This document shows, piece by piece, positions 25,040-39,530 of a DNA stretch of 61,975 nt (positions are counted from its first letter, which is position 1; every line of letters starts with the position of its first letter). The notes beneath the pieces were generated by a model. That model saw only the letters and a program-made list of their open reading frames with translations. It had not been told where the DNA came from and did not search any database. This DNA comes from Octopus bimaculoides. Lineage: Eukaryota. Both the position numbers and the translations under genes were made by a program. The stretch is taken from positions 124,884,216 through 124,946,190 of the forward strand of contig NC_068981.1 in assembly GCF_001194135.2 (NCBI RefSeq), in the 5' to 3' direction.

Positions 25040-28000
25040 ACTTAAAGAATTTATTGCACAAATGGAATATATTAAGTGCATGGTACATCCCACTTCCCTT
25101 CATTCAAATATCTGAAGCAGTTACACTAGAGTTGATTGGATGACCATGAGAGGAAATTCTCTATACTGGTTATAATATTCGACTGAACAACTTATTACAA
25201 ATGAAATTTGAAACAAGAATGAAGGTGAAAAAACCTAAATTTGAAGTACTTGCTACCAGTTAGTAGCAAAGACCAGAAAATCTCAGTAGGTTTTTTTGTT
25301 TTTGTTTTTCAAACCTAGAAAAGAACTCTATGCTGTGAAGTCAGTACAAAACAATGAGTGCACAAACGTTGTAGTGGCAGACTGACAGGGAATCTCTGGC
25401 AGATTGACAAAGAATATGAACTTTAGCACTAGCATAGCTAACAGCATGAGCAACCATGAAGACAATAAACTGTTCTGATGACTTGTTGAAAGTAGTAGGT
25501 AGGTAAGTTGTACCTGGATGCCGTAAAAAGTGCTGAGAAGGTGTAGTAAGTGACAGCAGTTTAGGAGTGATAAGAGAAATTTTGAGACCTGCTACTTGTA
25601 AAGGCAGAAGTGTGTATAGTAGTGAGGCATGTCTGTTCCACTGCTATATACATCACTGCTACAACATGCAAGGAGGAAAATAATGCAGTAAGTTTAAACT
25701 GAAAGGTAATCAGGGTAAGGGCAGATTGAGAGAAACTGGAAATGAAATAGAACAGACTTAAGGAAGAAAACAGACTCATTGACAAGATAACACAAGACCA
25801 AAAGCATGAAAAGATAGGGGACAAAAGACCTGTTCAACCAAATTTTGGACACTGATAATGGGTGTTACAACATGATTACATTTTGATAAATTATACATAT
25901 CTATCATTGTAGGTATCATATAATTAGATAATTAGCTCCCCTTTACATTCTGAATTCACATCATGTCAAGGCTCTATTTAGTTGATCCTCTGTTTAGTGT
26001 ATATAAGATTACTTAGCAGTATTGGTTCAACCATCTATGTTCTTTAACTCCCCAAGCCAATGTAGGAACTCTTCATCATCATTTATTGTTATTACTTTAG
26101 TTATGGTAATCTCTAAAAAATATTTAAAAGATGGTTTATCACCTGTAAAGAACTAAGGGAGTAACACCATATTTTGGTTTGTTTCAATAAGCAATCAAAA
26201 CATCTGCCCACTGGTTAGCGCACTAGTCAATTGTAGCTCCCCCAGATCCAATACCTATTCATTATAGTGCAGTGAGCTGGGGCATATCACATATTGTTCT
26301 AACCACATAAAATGAAATACTCACAATAGATATCAACAATAGATTCATGAGCTAGTAACAGAATACTCTAGCTATACGGAGCTCAGAACTGAAACACAAG
26401 TCCTATTTTGCAGAGATAGCTGAATAGCAGATTGAATCAATCAGGTTAACTCCTGTAGAAATGTCTAAAGTTTGGAAATGTGGAATGATGAAGGCAAAGT
26501 TAACTCCAACAGGATTTGAATTCAGTGTATATAGACAGAATAAAACACAAGTACATAATTAATTCAGCAGCTCATTGTTTCTGCCAACTGGCCACCCACA
26601 TCATAGCTGCAGGTTTCTGTTTTCAACACTACCTTGTTCAAAGGAAAGAAAGGCAAGATATTAAAGTGGAGACAATATTCAAAATTATATAAATTATCGA
26701 TGTAGGAGTGGTTGCAATGTTAAGAGTTTACTTTGTAGTTCTGTGATTCAGGATTAAAAAACCCACTGCCCAGCAAAAATAAAAACATTTCTGAAAGCAC
26801 ATATAATAGGTAGTAGGAAGAGCAGAATATTGCTGTATCAAAAAACACAAACTTCACAGTTCTTCAATTAGAAATCAATGGGACCTGTTAAAGTGACAAA
26901 CAAATATCGAAATGTAGCTCAAAGATAAATGCAGGGAAGCATTAATATATATTAGATGCCATATGACAAAAAGCTTCCTATTGCTTGTTACATGATATTT
27001 GAAATACTTAGACATTCACTCGGGACCTCAAGATGTAATTAGCTCTGTGGCATCACTGCCTTTGGATTTGGAATTTTTTTTAAAGTGAGTATATTATTGC
27101 AGTAGAAAGCTTTGCAAGTGAGAGGTGAAAATTGTCAACAGACTAAACCAGGCGGAGAGAAAAGAACTAAGAAACTTCTACTGATGACACTAATTATGTA
27201 TTGCCTTCCCTCTCTCTCTTTTTCTCTGTAAATATATCACACTTCTTTGCTAAGACATATTGCAATTTACTCTGGCCCATAATGGAATATATCTTTTCCC
27301 ACTTAGTAGCAGTGTTTAGCCAATAGTCCATTATGAAATTGAACAAAGTCTTAATTCCACCTACACTAACAACAATGGCAACAGACCTACATTAAAACAA
27401 TGATGATGATGATACTTCAACTTTGTCTGCAGTAGCATTAAAGTGTGAAGTTGTTTATTTTAACTCTCATTTCTTTTGAGATACAAACACTCAACTGTCA
27501 GTGGTTATTGAAAACATGAAACACTTTAACAGTTGGTGTCTCGGTTGAAGATTGCAATGCATATGGTTATCATCAAGCAACAATTGTAATCCTACAATCA
27601 TATTCTTCCAACCAACATCACCACCACAACAACAACAACAAATACCAACATATATTAAGCAAGAAGTGAACTGTTGTAACAACTTGTTTCCACAACTCAA
27701 GATTTCAGTTACTGCATTTGTTCTATTGTGTTATCTTCCTAATCTCCATGAAACCATAAATGTTCTGTGATATAAAATAAGCAATTAAGTTTTTTTTATT
27801 TTTTATTAATGTCAGACTGAACAGAGAATAAGTTTGTGTATAAACTGTTGTTTAGCTCCAGGTGAACTCTGGAAAAGCATATCTATAATCAAAAGACATT
27901 GCAGTAGTGGGTGACTATCCAATCTTTACTAATGTTCAAATAATCCAGCACTATGTTATCCAATTTGTTCTTGAACTTCTTTTTATCTATTTATTTTTTG

Positions 28001-28214
28001 CAATATAGTAGCATATGATTTGAAGATGACAGATTTGACAGCAGTTTCCAGCAGGTCAAGCAAGGATGCAAGAGGTTTACTATAGTCTCAATTGTATGTT
28101 TGAGTTTTAAAAAAGATAAACTAAAAAAAGGTTGTATGAAAGACAGTTATATAAATGAGTTCCTAGTGGAGTATATAATCACTTGATGTACATATACTTT
28201 TATATATATATGTA

Positions 28215-28630
28215 TAGGCACAGGGGCGTCTATGCCGTTCCAAACTTGGTTCCAAACTACATGGTTCCAGGTTCAGTCCCACTACATGGCACCTTGGACA
28301 AGTGTCTTCTATCATAGCCTTAGGTTGGCCAAAGCCGTGTGAGTGGATTTGGTAGACGGAAACTGAAAGAAGCCTGCTGTATAAATATATATAGATATAT
28401 GTGTATGTGTGTGTGTGTGTGTCTTTGTGGTTGTCCTCTGATCACCGTTTGACCACTAGTGTTGGTGTGTTTACGTCCCCATAAATTAGTGGTTCGGTAA
28501 AAGAGACTGATAGAATAAGTACTAGGCTTAAAAAATAATAAGTCCTGGGGTCGGTTTATCAGACTAATATCCTTCAAGGTGGTGCTCCAGCATGGTTAGT
28601 CAAAAAGACTGAAACAAGTAAAAGAAAAGA
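28215..28630 (+). mobile_element. SINE family C
   Basis: Homologous to 47681-48078. Confidence 0.8.
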
Positions 28631-31029
28631 ATATATTTAACATAGATAAATTCGGATGGCATTAAGAAGGACATCCAGTCATAAAATCCCTGCCAAAACA
28701 GACAGTGAAGCCTGGTGCAATCTTCTGCCTGGCCAACTCCTGTCAAACCGTCCAACCCATGCCAGCATAGAAAACAGACGTTAAATGATGATGATGATGA
28801 ATCAGTGGGCTGGCTGCAGCTATTCTTGATGGGTTTTAGTCAATAAAATCAATTCCAGTCCTTATTTTCTTTTAAGTATGGTACATATTTTCTCAATCTC
28901 TTTTCTGATGAACTACTAAGTTAGAGTGACATTAAAAACCAAACCACACTGGTCATCAAACAGTGACACAAACACAAACACACACCCTCAACAAGCTTCT
29001 GATCAAGTCTATCAAATTCACTCACAAAGTATTTGTTGGTCCAGGGCTATTATAGAAACTTGACACCCCACCCCCGCCAAAGTGCAACACTGCAGGACTG
29101 AACCCAATTATACCATCACCACCATTTTAATGTCTACTTTTCCATACTCGCATGGGTCAGATAAGAGTAAGTTGGAACCAAGCTTTCTACAACCAGATGC
29201 CCTTTGTCACCCACCCTCCAGTTGTTTCTGAGCAAGGTAATAATCTCCCAGTTATCAAACAACAAACAGTCTGGACATGCTTTCATAGTGGTCTGCAAAC
29301 AAATGATCCATCAGGAAGCTACTGTTTACAAACCATACAAACTTGCTTGTACACACACACACACACACGTTAGGGTTTCTTTCAGTTTCTGCCTCCCAAA
29401 TTCATTCACAAGGCTTTGGTCGGCCTGGGGCTATAATAGAAGACATTCACCCAAGGTACCATGCAGTGGGACTGAACTCAAAAACCATGTATCAAGAAGT
29501 GCACTTAGTTAAAATAATATTAACCATTAATTAGATTTGCATTCCCCTAAATGAATAATTATTTCTAATTTGCTCTTCAATGCTTTCTACATTTAATGTT
29601 AATATTTCCTTAACTATTAAACACTACNNNNNNNNNNNNNNNNNNNNNNNNNNNNNNNNNNNNNNNNNNNNNNNNNNNNNNNNNNNNNNNNNNNNNNNNN
29701 NNNNNNNNNNNNNNNNNNNNNNNNNNNNNNNNNNNNNNNNNNNNNNNNNNNNNNNNNNNNNNNNNNNNNNNNNNNNNNNNNNNNNNNNNNNNNNNNNNNN
29801 NNNNNNNNNNNNNNTATATATATATATATATATATATATATCAATCGATCAAGATTACTTAGATAGGAAAGTCTGGTTGAAATGAAAAAATGCTGTAAAT
29901 TAGTTAACTGAAAATATTTCCTGTCAAAACAAGCACTCTAATTATATGATAAGAATGCAAAGAATTCTCACAACATAAGTTTCCCTATGTCTAACTTCAA
30001 TCCGAATCTATTACAAATCTGAAAATAACTCAATTACAACACATACATAACACGTGGGCTTACTTAATTGGCAAAACTACTGTCATAACTACATTCCTGT
30101 CAGCTTTGTGTAAGAGGCATGGATGTGAGAGCTAAGTGAAGTGTATGTTAGGAACGAATCAATGCTTACATTGCTATGTGCAGGCTATGAAACAGAATGA
30201 TGCATATGAAAAAAAAAAGAAAGAAAGAAAGAGAGAAAAGGTGCATTTACAAGAATAGTCACAGGTTAAGTATAGAAATTCTTCATAACTGAGAATAGTA
30301 TGGAGAAAGACTGAGGGTATTGGGTTACTTCAACTCAAAAAGGCATTAAAAACAAAATAAAAAAAAATAGTAAATATGAATGGAAAGATTGTGAAAACAG
30401 GCTGCTTATTAAAGAAAAAAAAAGGTTCTTCCTGTCTGTCTACATACATTATAGAATGAACTCTCTACTCTGCTTCTTCTGTCTAAGGTACAGAGTGGGC
30501 TGCTTCTAATGTTCGAATAATTCCAGTTCAGGACATCCTGTTAATAGAAATATACTGGAAAACACCCAAATCTTCAATACATAAAATGCCATTTTTGTAA
30601 TATAAAAGAAATGCTGACACTAAAAACAGCTCAAAGATAATGTATACCAACAATTAGCAGTATTGGCTTTGGATTCATCAATAAAACTATTCTCAACACT
30701 CACAGGATTACAAAAACCCATGGGAATATGTCCAAAATCTTCATTCCAAGGAAGAATATAAATTAATGAGAAGAATAAATGAGCAAGGTAAAAAAAAAAG
30801 TACTAAGATTTGTTTAATAAGTGGCTTTAGACAATGAAGTAAACAAAGTGAGATTTGCTTACTTAATAGTACCAAAATGAATTCTAAAACACTGAATCTT
30901 CCATTATTTTTTTTTTTCTATTTATTGTTATTAACAGGTCTACACCAACCCAGTAAACATATGAATAAAAGGTATTCCAACTATGACCATCCCATATTTT
31001 TGTATATCAAGGACTACATGGGTCAATGT

Positions 31030-31423
31030 GTTGTTTTGTTTTGTTGGCACTCCGTCGCTTACGACGTCGAGGGTTCCAGTTGATCCGATCAACGGAACAG
31101 CCTGCTCGTGAAATTAACGTGCAAGTGGCTGAGCACTCCACAGACACATGTACCCTTAACGTAGTTCTCGGGGATATTCAGCGTGACACAGTGTGACAAG
31201 GCTGACCCTTTGAAATACAGGCACAACAGAAACAGGAAGTAAGAGTGAGAGAAAGTTGCGGTGGAAGAGTACAGCAGGGTTCGCCACCATCCCCTGCCGG
31301 AGCCTCGTGGAGCTTTAGGTGTTTTCGCTCAAAAGACACTCACAACGCCTGGTCTGGGAATCGAAACCGCGATCCTATGACCATGAGTCCGCTGCCCTAA
31401 CCAGTGGGCCATTGCGCCTCCAT
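31030..31423 (-). mobile_element. Young tRNA-derived SINE (family B)
   Basis: A-box TGGCCCACTGG and B-box GGTTTCGATTCC on the minus strand, CpGs retained, 12-bp TSD ATGGGTCAATGT. Confidence 0.88.
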
Positions 31424-32339
31424 ATGGGTCAATGTATACTTCTTTAAATAAGATGTTTGATTTCAAAATTTGACTGCTATTTCTGGCAGGTTATGTAACC
31501 TTGTTGAAATTCATTTTCTTTTAGCGACCGATACCCTTTTTCCAATACATGATATAATCCTTTTGATACCAGCCAGTCTGAAACTGTCTCTGGTTCTCTG
31601 ATAAACATTCTAAAGTGATTTAAATTAAAATCTTCCATTAAAATTTCATGTCAATTCATACCACAAATACCAACTTAATGACAAAGTTAACTTACTAAAT
31701 TCTTCATTATTTTCATAATTATAAGCAAAGGCAGTGTATTTCAGAAGAAAATTGATAAAAGGGATAAAGCAGATTGTTCAAAAAATCACAGTTCATGGAA
31801 TTATTTCTATAAAGTTTTACCTTAATTTTCTTTTATATCACAATTCTGAAGAATACCTGTGCTCACGAATTTCTAAAGATATTCCAATAATGAACCATCC
31901 CATATTTTTGTATATCAGGGACTACATGGTCCAATGTATACCTCTTTATTTAAGATGTTTGATTTCAAAATTTGACTGCTATTTCTAGCAGGTCATATAA
32001 CCTTGTTGAAGCTCAATTTCTTCGCTGGTTCACTTATTTCTCGACAGTGATGATGACAAAAGAGTGTCTATAATTCAACACAGAATATCACAAAGGACTT
32101 CTTTTGAAGAGCAACAGTATTTTTTTTTTTTTTTTTGCTTTTTGAGAAAGAGGGGGGGGGCAGTGACAAGTCTTAGATCTTTCATGAATATATATGAATG
32201 AAAATAACTTGACCATTTGTAATCCTTACTTCAGGAAATCTTCCTTTGGGTAAGTGTAACAAAAACAATGGAGATCCTCTAGAAAAATACAACTGAAGAG
32301 ACATTATGTTGATGGACTACGTTATGAAGTAACAGAAAG

Positions 32340-32700
32340 AATGATAAAACAATGATGAGGAAGAAAATTAGCTTAGATGAAATGCAGTTCAGGTGTGTAC
32401 CAGGACATGGTATTGCAGATACATTCTTCCTACAAAAACAACTCCTGGAAAAGTCCTTAGCCATGAGTAACCTGCTATACTTAGCATTCATTGCACTGAA
32501 AAGGCGTGACAAGGTCCTATGCTCTGTAGTGCTATGATTACAAAGAACATTAGGTGTAGATGAATGGCTCTTGAGTGCCCTTGCATTGAGCAAGATTAGA
32601 GTTTGCAAGGAGTTTAGCAAGCATGAAGGGAGTCCATTAGTGCACAGTTTTCAGCTCATACAGTTCATTATAATACTGCAAGTACTAGAGCAGATGATAA
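32340..32700 (+). mobile_element. RTE reverse transcriptase fragment
   Basis: ISLDEMQFRCVPGHGIADTFFLQKQLLEK...LYLAFIAL resembles the RT QFGF...F.DL.KA region. Confidence 0.7.
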
Positions 32701-33329
32701 AGAATCATGATGCATGGTTAGATATGCTGCATGCTTACCTAACCTATACAACATTGGGAAAAACAACAATGATGCTTGCAAGTAGACAATTTACATGATA
32801 TTAGATTATAATTCCTTAAATTTTGAACTTTCCCTGTAGGAGACACAATGACTATGAGATGAGTCTGAGTGTACCATATTATTGTGAATTTCTATGTTAT
32901 GTCCTTGAGCAAGTCAGATAAGTTCATAGGCTCAAGTTTGCCTAACCAAACAAGTTCTACTCCACAGTTAAGTGTTTCATGTTAGGAATAGAAAGGTTGC
33001 ATGCTGCAAAAAAATTGGTGCAACAAATAAACACATTCTAGTCAATAAAAGCCTTGACTAGATAGAAATGACAATCAAACCTAACTCCAATCACATTATA
33101 CTGTCTTTGGAATGCAGAGCAGACTGGACTATATATTTTGTGATCCGCTTGCGAAAACCTGTTGAGGCAAGTGAAATCGAAATCGAACTAAATTCAACAA
33201 CTAGCACCCAAGCCAATGTTGTCTCCTTCATTGGACACGAAACTCAGCTTGCGAAGACCTGTTGGGGCAAGCGAAAGCAAAATTGTGATGGCACCTGTGC
33301 CCAGCATCACCTTCCTGGCACTTGTAAAG

Positions 33330-33647
33330 ACATTTGAGCGAGACCGTTGCCAGTGCCGCTGGCATGTAAAATACACCATTTTGAGTGTGGCCGTTGCCAG
33401 TGCCGCTGGCATGTAAAATACACCATTTTGAGCGTGGCCGTTGCCAGTACCGCCTGACTGGCCCTCGTGCCAGTGGCATGTAAAAGCACCTACTACACTC
33501 TCGGAGTGGTTGGCGTTAGGAAGGGCATCCAGCTGTAGAAACTCTGCCAAATCAGATTGGAGCCTGGTGTAGCCATCTGGTTCACCAGTCCTCAGTCAAA
33601 CCGTCCAATCCATGCTAGCATGGAAAGCAGACGTTAAACGATGATGA
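33330..33647 (+). mobile_element. RTE-tail SINE or short LINE 3' fragment (family D)
   Basis: Ends ...CATGCTAGCATGGAAAGCAGACGTTAAACGATGATGA and carries a short internal tandem unit. Confidence 0.8.
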
Positions 33648-35837
33648 CTGGAATACCGACAGATGAAACACTTTTGACTGATGATTTATGGCTGACCAGG
33701 AGTTAACTTAAAATTGATGTAAAACAATAAAATTTGAATAAAAAAATTAATGTATGTTCTAATTTGTAGGTCAGTTTTGTAATTAAGGCAATTGAAATTT
33801 TGCACAGAGGCACACCTTTTCAAGAAGGTCAGAGGCTCTAAAATTTGTATTTTAACTCCTGGCAGAAAAACTAAGTGTAGAATAATACCCAACTAACTGC
33901 ACCAGGCATTGAAAAGGTTATAGATAAATAATTCATTTAAAGTAATTATGTAAATTAATACAGTATTTTAAATAAAATTTACTTTCCCAGAAAATTTTTT
34001 TAATTTGTTCATATAAACAAAATTTTCTTTTTTGTTCTATATATGTTTAGGTTTTTGAGCCTTTTTATGAAACTCAAACTGCACCAACTTGATTTGCTTT
34101 GATACAAATAAGCAATAAACCTCTTCTTCACACAACACTTCAATCTCTCAACATATCACCACAAATCATTGCTCTTTCTCTTCTTCTCCTCTTATATAGT
34201 AACTCTATAGTCTTGCAAATTACAAGGCAACCTCACCAAATAATAATGCCAGGAAAAAAAAAGGACCCAGTATAAACTGTAATACGGTTGATGTTAGAAA
34301 GAGCATCCAACCATAGAAACCATGCTAAGACTAAGATGAAGAAGCAATATGGTGTCTACTGACCTATTGGATCTTGTCAAACTATCCAACACAGGCCAGC
34401 ATGAAAAGCAGATGTAAAAATGATGATTTTTTAACCCCGTAGCATTTAAACCAACCAAATCCAGCCAAAATATTCTCCGTTTTATGTTCAAACTAGCAAA
34501 TCCAACCTCTCATACCTACTTTACAATGTCATTCTTAAAGTAAACAATCACACCATCAAAATCTTAAAGCCACAAGATACATGATTAATTTTAAGAAATG
34601 CATATAAAAAAAGCATTTGCATTTGATAAATTAATCTAAAGGCAAAAGGGTTACATATAATGCATGCCCACTGACACAAGCATGACTATACAGTTAAAGA
34701 GTACACCTTGCAATCATATCATTTTGAGTTCAATCTCACTCCATGGCACTTCAGGCATCTTCTACAATAACCCCAAGTCAACCAATGCTTTGTGAATGAA
34801 TTTGGTAGATAGAAACTGTGTAGAAGCCCATCAAATATGTGCGTCTTTGTTTGTCCCTTGCCACCAGTGTTGCCCCATGACTAGCAGCTCAGCAAAAGAA
34901 ATCCACAGCAAAAGCACCAGACTCCAAAAAATAAGTAATGAGGTTGATTCACTTAACTAAACCCTTCAAGACAATGCCCTAGAATTGCCACAATCCCATG
35001 ATTAAACAACTAATATATATATACAGAAATTTCTTGCTTTACAGAGGTAATACGTTCTTGAAAATCTGGCTGCAACGCAAAATTCCATAATGTGAAATTA
35101 ATTTTCCAATACTTTTCATATTTTCAAGTGAGATTGCATCCCGGTGGACTTTTGTCGGGGAGGAGTAGAAAAAAAAGCACAAGAAAATAACAGACAACAA
35201 GCAGCACGATCACCTTTATACATGAAAATAAATATTTCTAGCCATCTGGTTTCACCAGTCCTCAGTCAAATCGTCCAACCCATGCTAGCATGGAAAGCGG
35301 ACGTTAAACGACGATGATGATGATGATGATGATACACAGTAGAATACAGATACATGAAAATGCAAAAACATTCCAAGAGGAATATGTTAGGGAATTAATA
35401 ATTCCCTAGTATCATAAGAGTACGTTCTTAATATCAGCAAGAGTAATATATAGTACAGAATAGATAAGCAAATCCATTTCAAATCATCATTATCGTTTAA
35501 TGTCTGCCTTCCATGCTGGCATGGGTGGGATGGTTTAACAGGAGTTGGCCAGGCAGAAGCCTGCACCAGATTTCAGTGACTGTTTTGCCAGGATTTTTAC
35601 AGCAGGATGCCCTTCCTGACACCAACCACTCAGCAGAGTGGATTTAGTTAACAATTTGAAACTACACAATATGAGTTTTTGTACAAGCAAAATCACAGGC
35701 CATGTCCCAAAATTAATGGTCAAACTTTACAATTTCCATAAGCAAGAACTACTGTAACCTGAGGCAGCCATAATGCGGCAGGGATGTGTGTGTGTGCATG
35801 CATGTGTGCGTGCGTGCGTGTGTGTATACATATCATC

Positions 35838-36100
35838 ATCATCATCGTTTAACGTCTGCTTTCCATGCTAGCATGGGTTGGACAATTTGACTGCGGACTG
35901 GCGAACCAGATGGCTGCACCAGGCTCCAATCTGATCTGGCAGGGTTTCTACAGCTGGATGCCCTTCCTAACGCCAACCACTCCAAGAGTGTAGTAGGTGC
36001 TTTTACATGCCACCGACACGAGGGCCAGTCACACGGTACTGGCAACGGCCATGCTCAAAATGGTGTTTTTGACGTGCCACCTGCACAGGAGCCAATGTGG
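35838..36100 (-). mobile_element. Family D element
   Basis: Reverse complement of 33330-33647. Confidence 0.8.
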
Positions 36101-36984
36101 ACATGGCTTAGGTAGACACCATATCTATGATTTATTCTATTCTCTTATTCATCTATACCAAGGAAAACTATTTCACAACAGCTTAATTAATTGTACATAA
36201 TTTTAAACTTCTAATTACTCAGTCATTCTTTTGCTTCTAGAATCTAGTTGTACTTCTTGATGCTGTACTTGAATCACTTTATACAAGCATTCATATATTT
36301 AGTTTTGTTTAGAAGACATTCTTTTTCAAATTATCTACTGATTTATCATCATCATCATCATTTTAACATCCACTTTTCCATGCTTGCATGGGTCCAATGG
36401 AACTTGCTGAGGAAGATTATCTATGGGCAGATGCCTTTCTTGTCACCAACCTTCAAACGTTTAAAGTAAAGTAATATTTCCTCACAACTAGACATGTTTT
36501 GACAGAAGATTGAAAACAAAGGACACTGCTTGCAGGACAGTGACATCTGTTTACAACTATCACGTGATGTCAAGGCAAGGAGACAGTAACACACACACAC
36601 ACACATCTGTTTATATATACACACATACACAAAGAGGCTTTTTTCAGTTTCTATTGACCAAATCCACTCATAAGGCTTTTTCAGCCTGGGGTTATAGTAG
36701 AATACAGTTACTTAAAATGTCATATAGAGGGACTGACCCTAGCACCATGTGGTTGGCAAGCAAACTTTCTAATACACAGCAATACCTGCACCTATATGGT
36801 TCAAAATTTTTGAAAATATATCTCATTGGAATTATCTTCCTTGCTTATTGATTTTAAATATCTCTAGAGGGAATTTTAGCCTGCCAATTACTTGGATAAT
36901 CTCAACTGATTAAATTTTTTCAACTCATTATATTACAAATGTAAGATCTTACTGTACTGGCATTTAGTATATAGGAGTGTGATT

Positions 36985-37540
36985 TGAGAGAAAAACTGGG
37001 TATATGAAGCATCAGATGTAGTGTGCAAGAGAGAAGACTGCACTGGTATGGCCATGTAATGCATATGAATGAAGGCAGTTGCATTAAGAGGTGCTGATCT
37101 CTAATTGTAGAGGGAAGATGTGGAAGGGGTAAACTCAGGAAGATGTGGAATGAAGTGATGAGAAAGGATCTACATATGTTGGGACTCACAGAAGGGATGA
37201 CAGGGGACTGAGACTCCTGATGGTTTGCTGTGCTTGAAAAGACACATCACACTAAGTAAAAGCATGGTCACCCTTGCAGACAGGCCATCTCCAGCTGAGC
37301 ATTCCTCCCTTGCAGGTTTGTGGGTGCTGGTGTCATGTAAAAAACACTCGTACTAGTGCCACATAATTGCACCCATGCTAGTGCAACTTAAAAGCACCCA
37401 GTACTTTATGTAAAGTGGTTGATGTTAGGAAGGGCATCCAACCATAGAAATCATGCCAAAACAGACATGGTGCCTGGATAGCTCCTGTCAAACCACCCAA
37501 CCCATGCCAGCATGGAAAACGAATGTTTGATGATGATGAG
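36985..37540 (+). mobile_element. RTE LINE 3' end with (GAT)n tail
   Basis: Relic WYGHVMHMNEGSCIKR...GRCGRGKLRKMWNEV, followed by the shared 3'UTR ending in gatgatgatga. Confidence 0.75.
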
Positions 37541-37949
37541 TGCTCCCAAAGTTATTTTCCCTAACCACACTGTTGATATAAAAGTCAAAGCTAATCTATA
37601 ACAACAAAAAGGAGAAGCTACAATAAAATTTCTCTAAAGTTCACCCATTTTTAATCAGAAGCAATAGAAAATTAGCTTGGCATTAATATATAGCAATATA
37701 GCAATGGGGACAAGTGATTTCTCATAGCAACCTTTCATATATAACATCACCATAACCGTTTCCCATACAACTAATGCAGCTTGGATAGTTTAAAAGCTTG
37801 CCAAAATTGAGGATGATGACACAGCTCAAATAAGAGCTCCATTGGAATACCATTCACATACCTGGAAAAGTGTACCACACACACACATTCTAAATCACAT
37901 CCAAAAGACCACTTGGTTGAAGGGTAAAGATTTCACCCACTTAAACCTA

Positions 37950-38210
37950 CAGTTTGCAGCTGCTTAATTTCACTACCTCTTCTACAACAACCTCTGAACT
38001 AGCTAGCAGCATACTTCCCTCACACAGAAATACACTCACCTCTCCTACAGTTATTCTTATGTCTCAGATTCCATGCCAAACACTTTGCCCATTCTTGATA
38101 AGAACAACTAGTCTCTTGGAATTCCCTATCTGTCCATGTAACTGCTGCAGATGTCAAGTTAACAGAAGTTCAAAATATCAACCAGCATCGATTTCACAAA
38201 TCCAAGAGGG
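37950..38210 (+). mobile_element. CR1/L2-type LINE 3' fragment
   Basis: Degraded ...SELASSILP...RTTSLWNSL-like C-terminal motif. Confidence 0.5.
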
Positions 38211-39094
38211 TCTGCAAAGGGTTTGGGCATGGCCATTCACCTGTGACTAATAAAAAATACTGAAGATTAGACAGACTAGCAGATTTCTAAAAATAAATGA
38301 GAATGATTCTGAAATCATACATGATATAGTATAAGGTCTGGGTTAAAACAAGTAGTTGTGAGAATCAGATGCCCAAAGAATGTAAATGTTGACAATGGTT
38401 ATGATTATCCTCAACAAATACACATTATGAAAAAAGTTTCTTCACAAAATGACTTGAACTGCCTGTTGGTACATGTTGAAACAATACAATTTTCATGCTT
38501 CTCTAGACAGAAAAAGAAGATTAACTACAATATGAGAGAAAGAGAGATGGTAAACAAGCCACAACAGAGTTGGAAATTTTTATTATTCAGCCAGCATTCT
38601 AGCCACAATGATCCTATCTTCTTTTCTGACATTATTTTGGGGAAGAATTTAGGTAGCACAGTCTTCCATTTTTCAAATAGCAGTGTGAAGTTTAAAGGAG
38701 ATTTGGGTGCTATTTCTAGGGCATTAAGTAAGCATGTAGATGAGAATCATTCAAATACTCACAAGTGCCATATTAAAACTTCCCACAACAAATCACAAAG
38801 AACCTCATCCACCAGCCATGCTAACTTCAACAAGCTGTACATAGATCACCAACACAAAAAATACAAAATAAGTTTGTTGCCACAGAAAACTTCCTGATTC
38901 TATATGCAAAAATCAACCCAAACTAAATACCCAGAATGGGACAATTTCCACTGGTCTGCCAAACCATCATGTTTAATGTCTCTTCCGGCTGTGACAATCA
39001 GCCAAATCTAGAACTAACAAAGGAGCCTCTAAATGATCACTTGACTTGCTAAAAATAGCAGGAACATCTCTCTCTCTCTCTCTCTCTGAAAACA

Positions 39095-39530
39095 TCATTT
39101 AGCATCTGTTTTCCATGCTGGCATAGATAAGACAGTTTGACCAGGACTGACAAGCCTAAAAGCTGCACCAAACTCCAGACATCTGTTTTGACTTGGTTTC
39201 TATGCTGGATGTCCATCTTATGCCTGTTTCCACAGAATGTACAGGATGTCTTTTACATGTCACTGGCACAGTTGCCTTTCATGTGTCACCAGCACTGGCC
39301 ACAATTATGATTTCACTTAGCTTGATGTGTCTTCTCACACACAGCAATTCACCAAGAGTCTCAGTCCCTTGTCATCACTTCCATAAGACTCAACATCCAA
39401 AGATCATATTTCACCACCTCATTCCATGTCTTCCTGGGTCTTACCTCTTCCACAAGTTCCCTCCACAGTTAAGTATCGGCACTTCTTTACGCAGCTGTCC
39501 TCATCCATATACATCACATGACCATACCAG
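39095..39530 (-). mobile_element. RTE LINE 3' end
   Basis: Reverse-strand WYGHVMCMDEDS-type relic plus the shared RTE tail. Confidence 0.7.

Noticed and set aside
25380-25860. Possible coiled-coil coding region
   Set aside because: Multiple stops in the purine-rich plus frames; more likely a decayed LINE 5' fragment that I cannot classify.
26223-26256. Minus-strand ag|GIGSGGAT resembling the glycine-rich loop
   Set aside because: A stop follows within three codons, and the spacing does not match GxGATA.
31340-31420. tRNA gene
   Set aside because: A and B boxes are present but continue into a SINE body with a TSD, and there is no full cloverleaf.
38358-38897. 179-aa plus-strand ORF
   Set aside because: GTG start, no recognisable domain, and it overlaps repeat fragments and a purine-rich tract.
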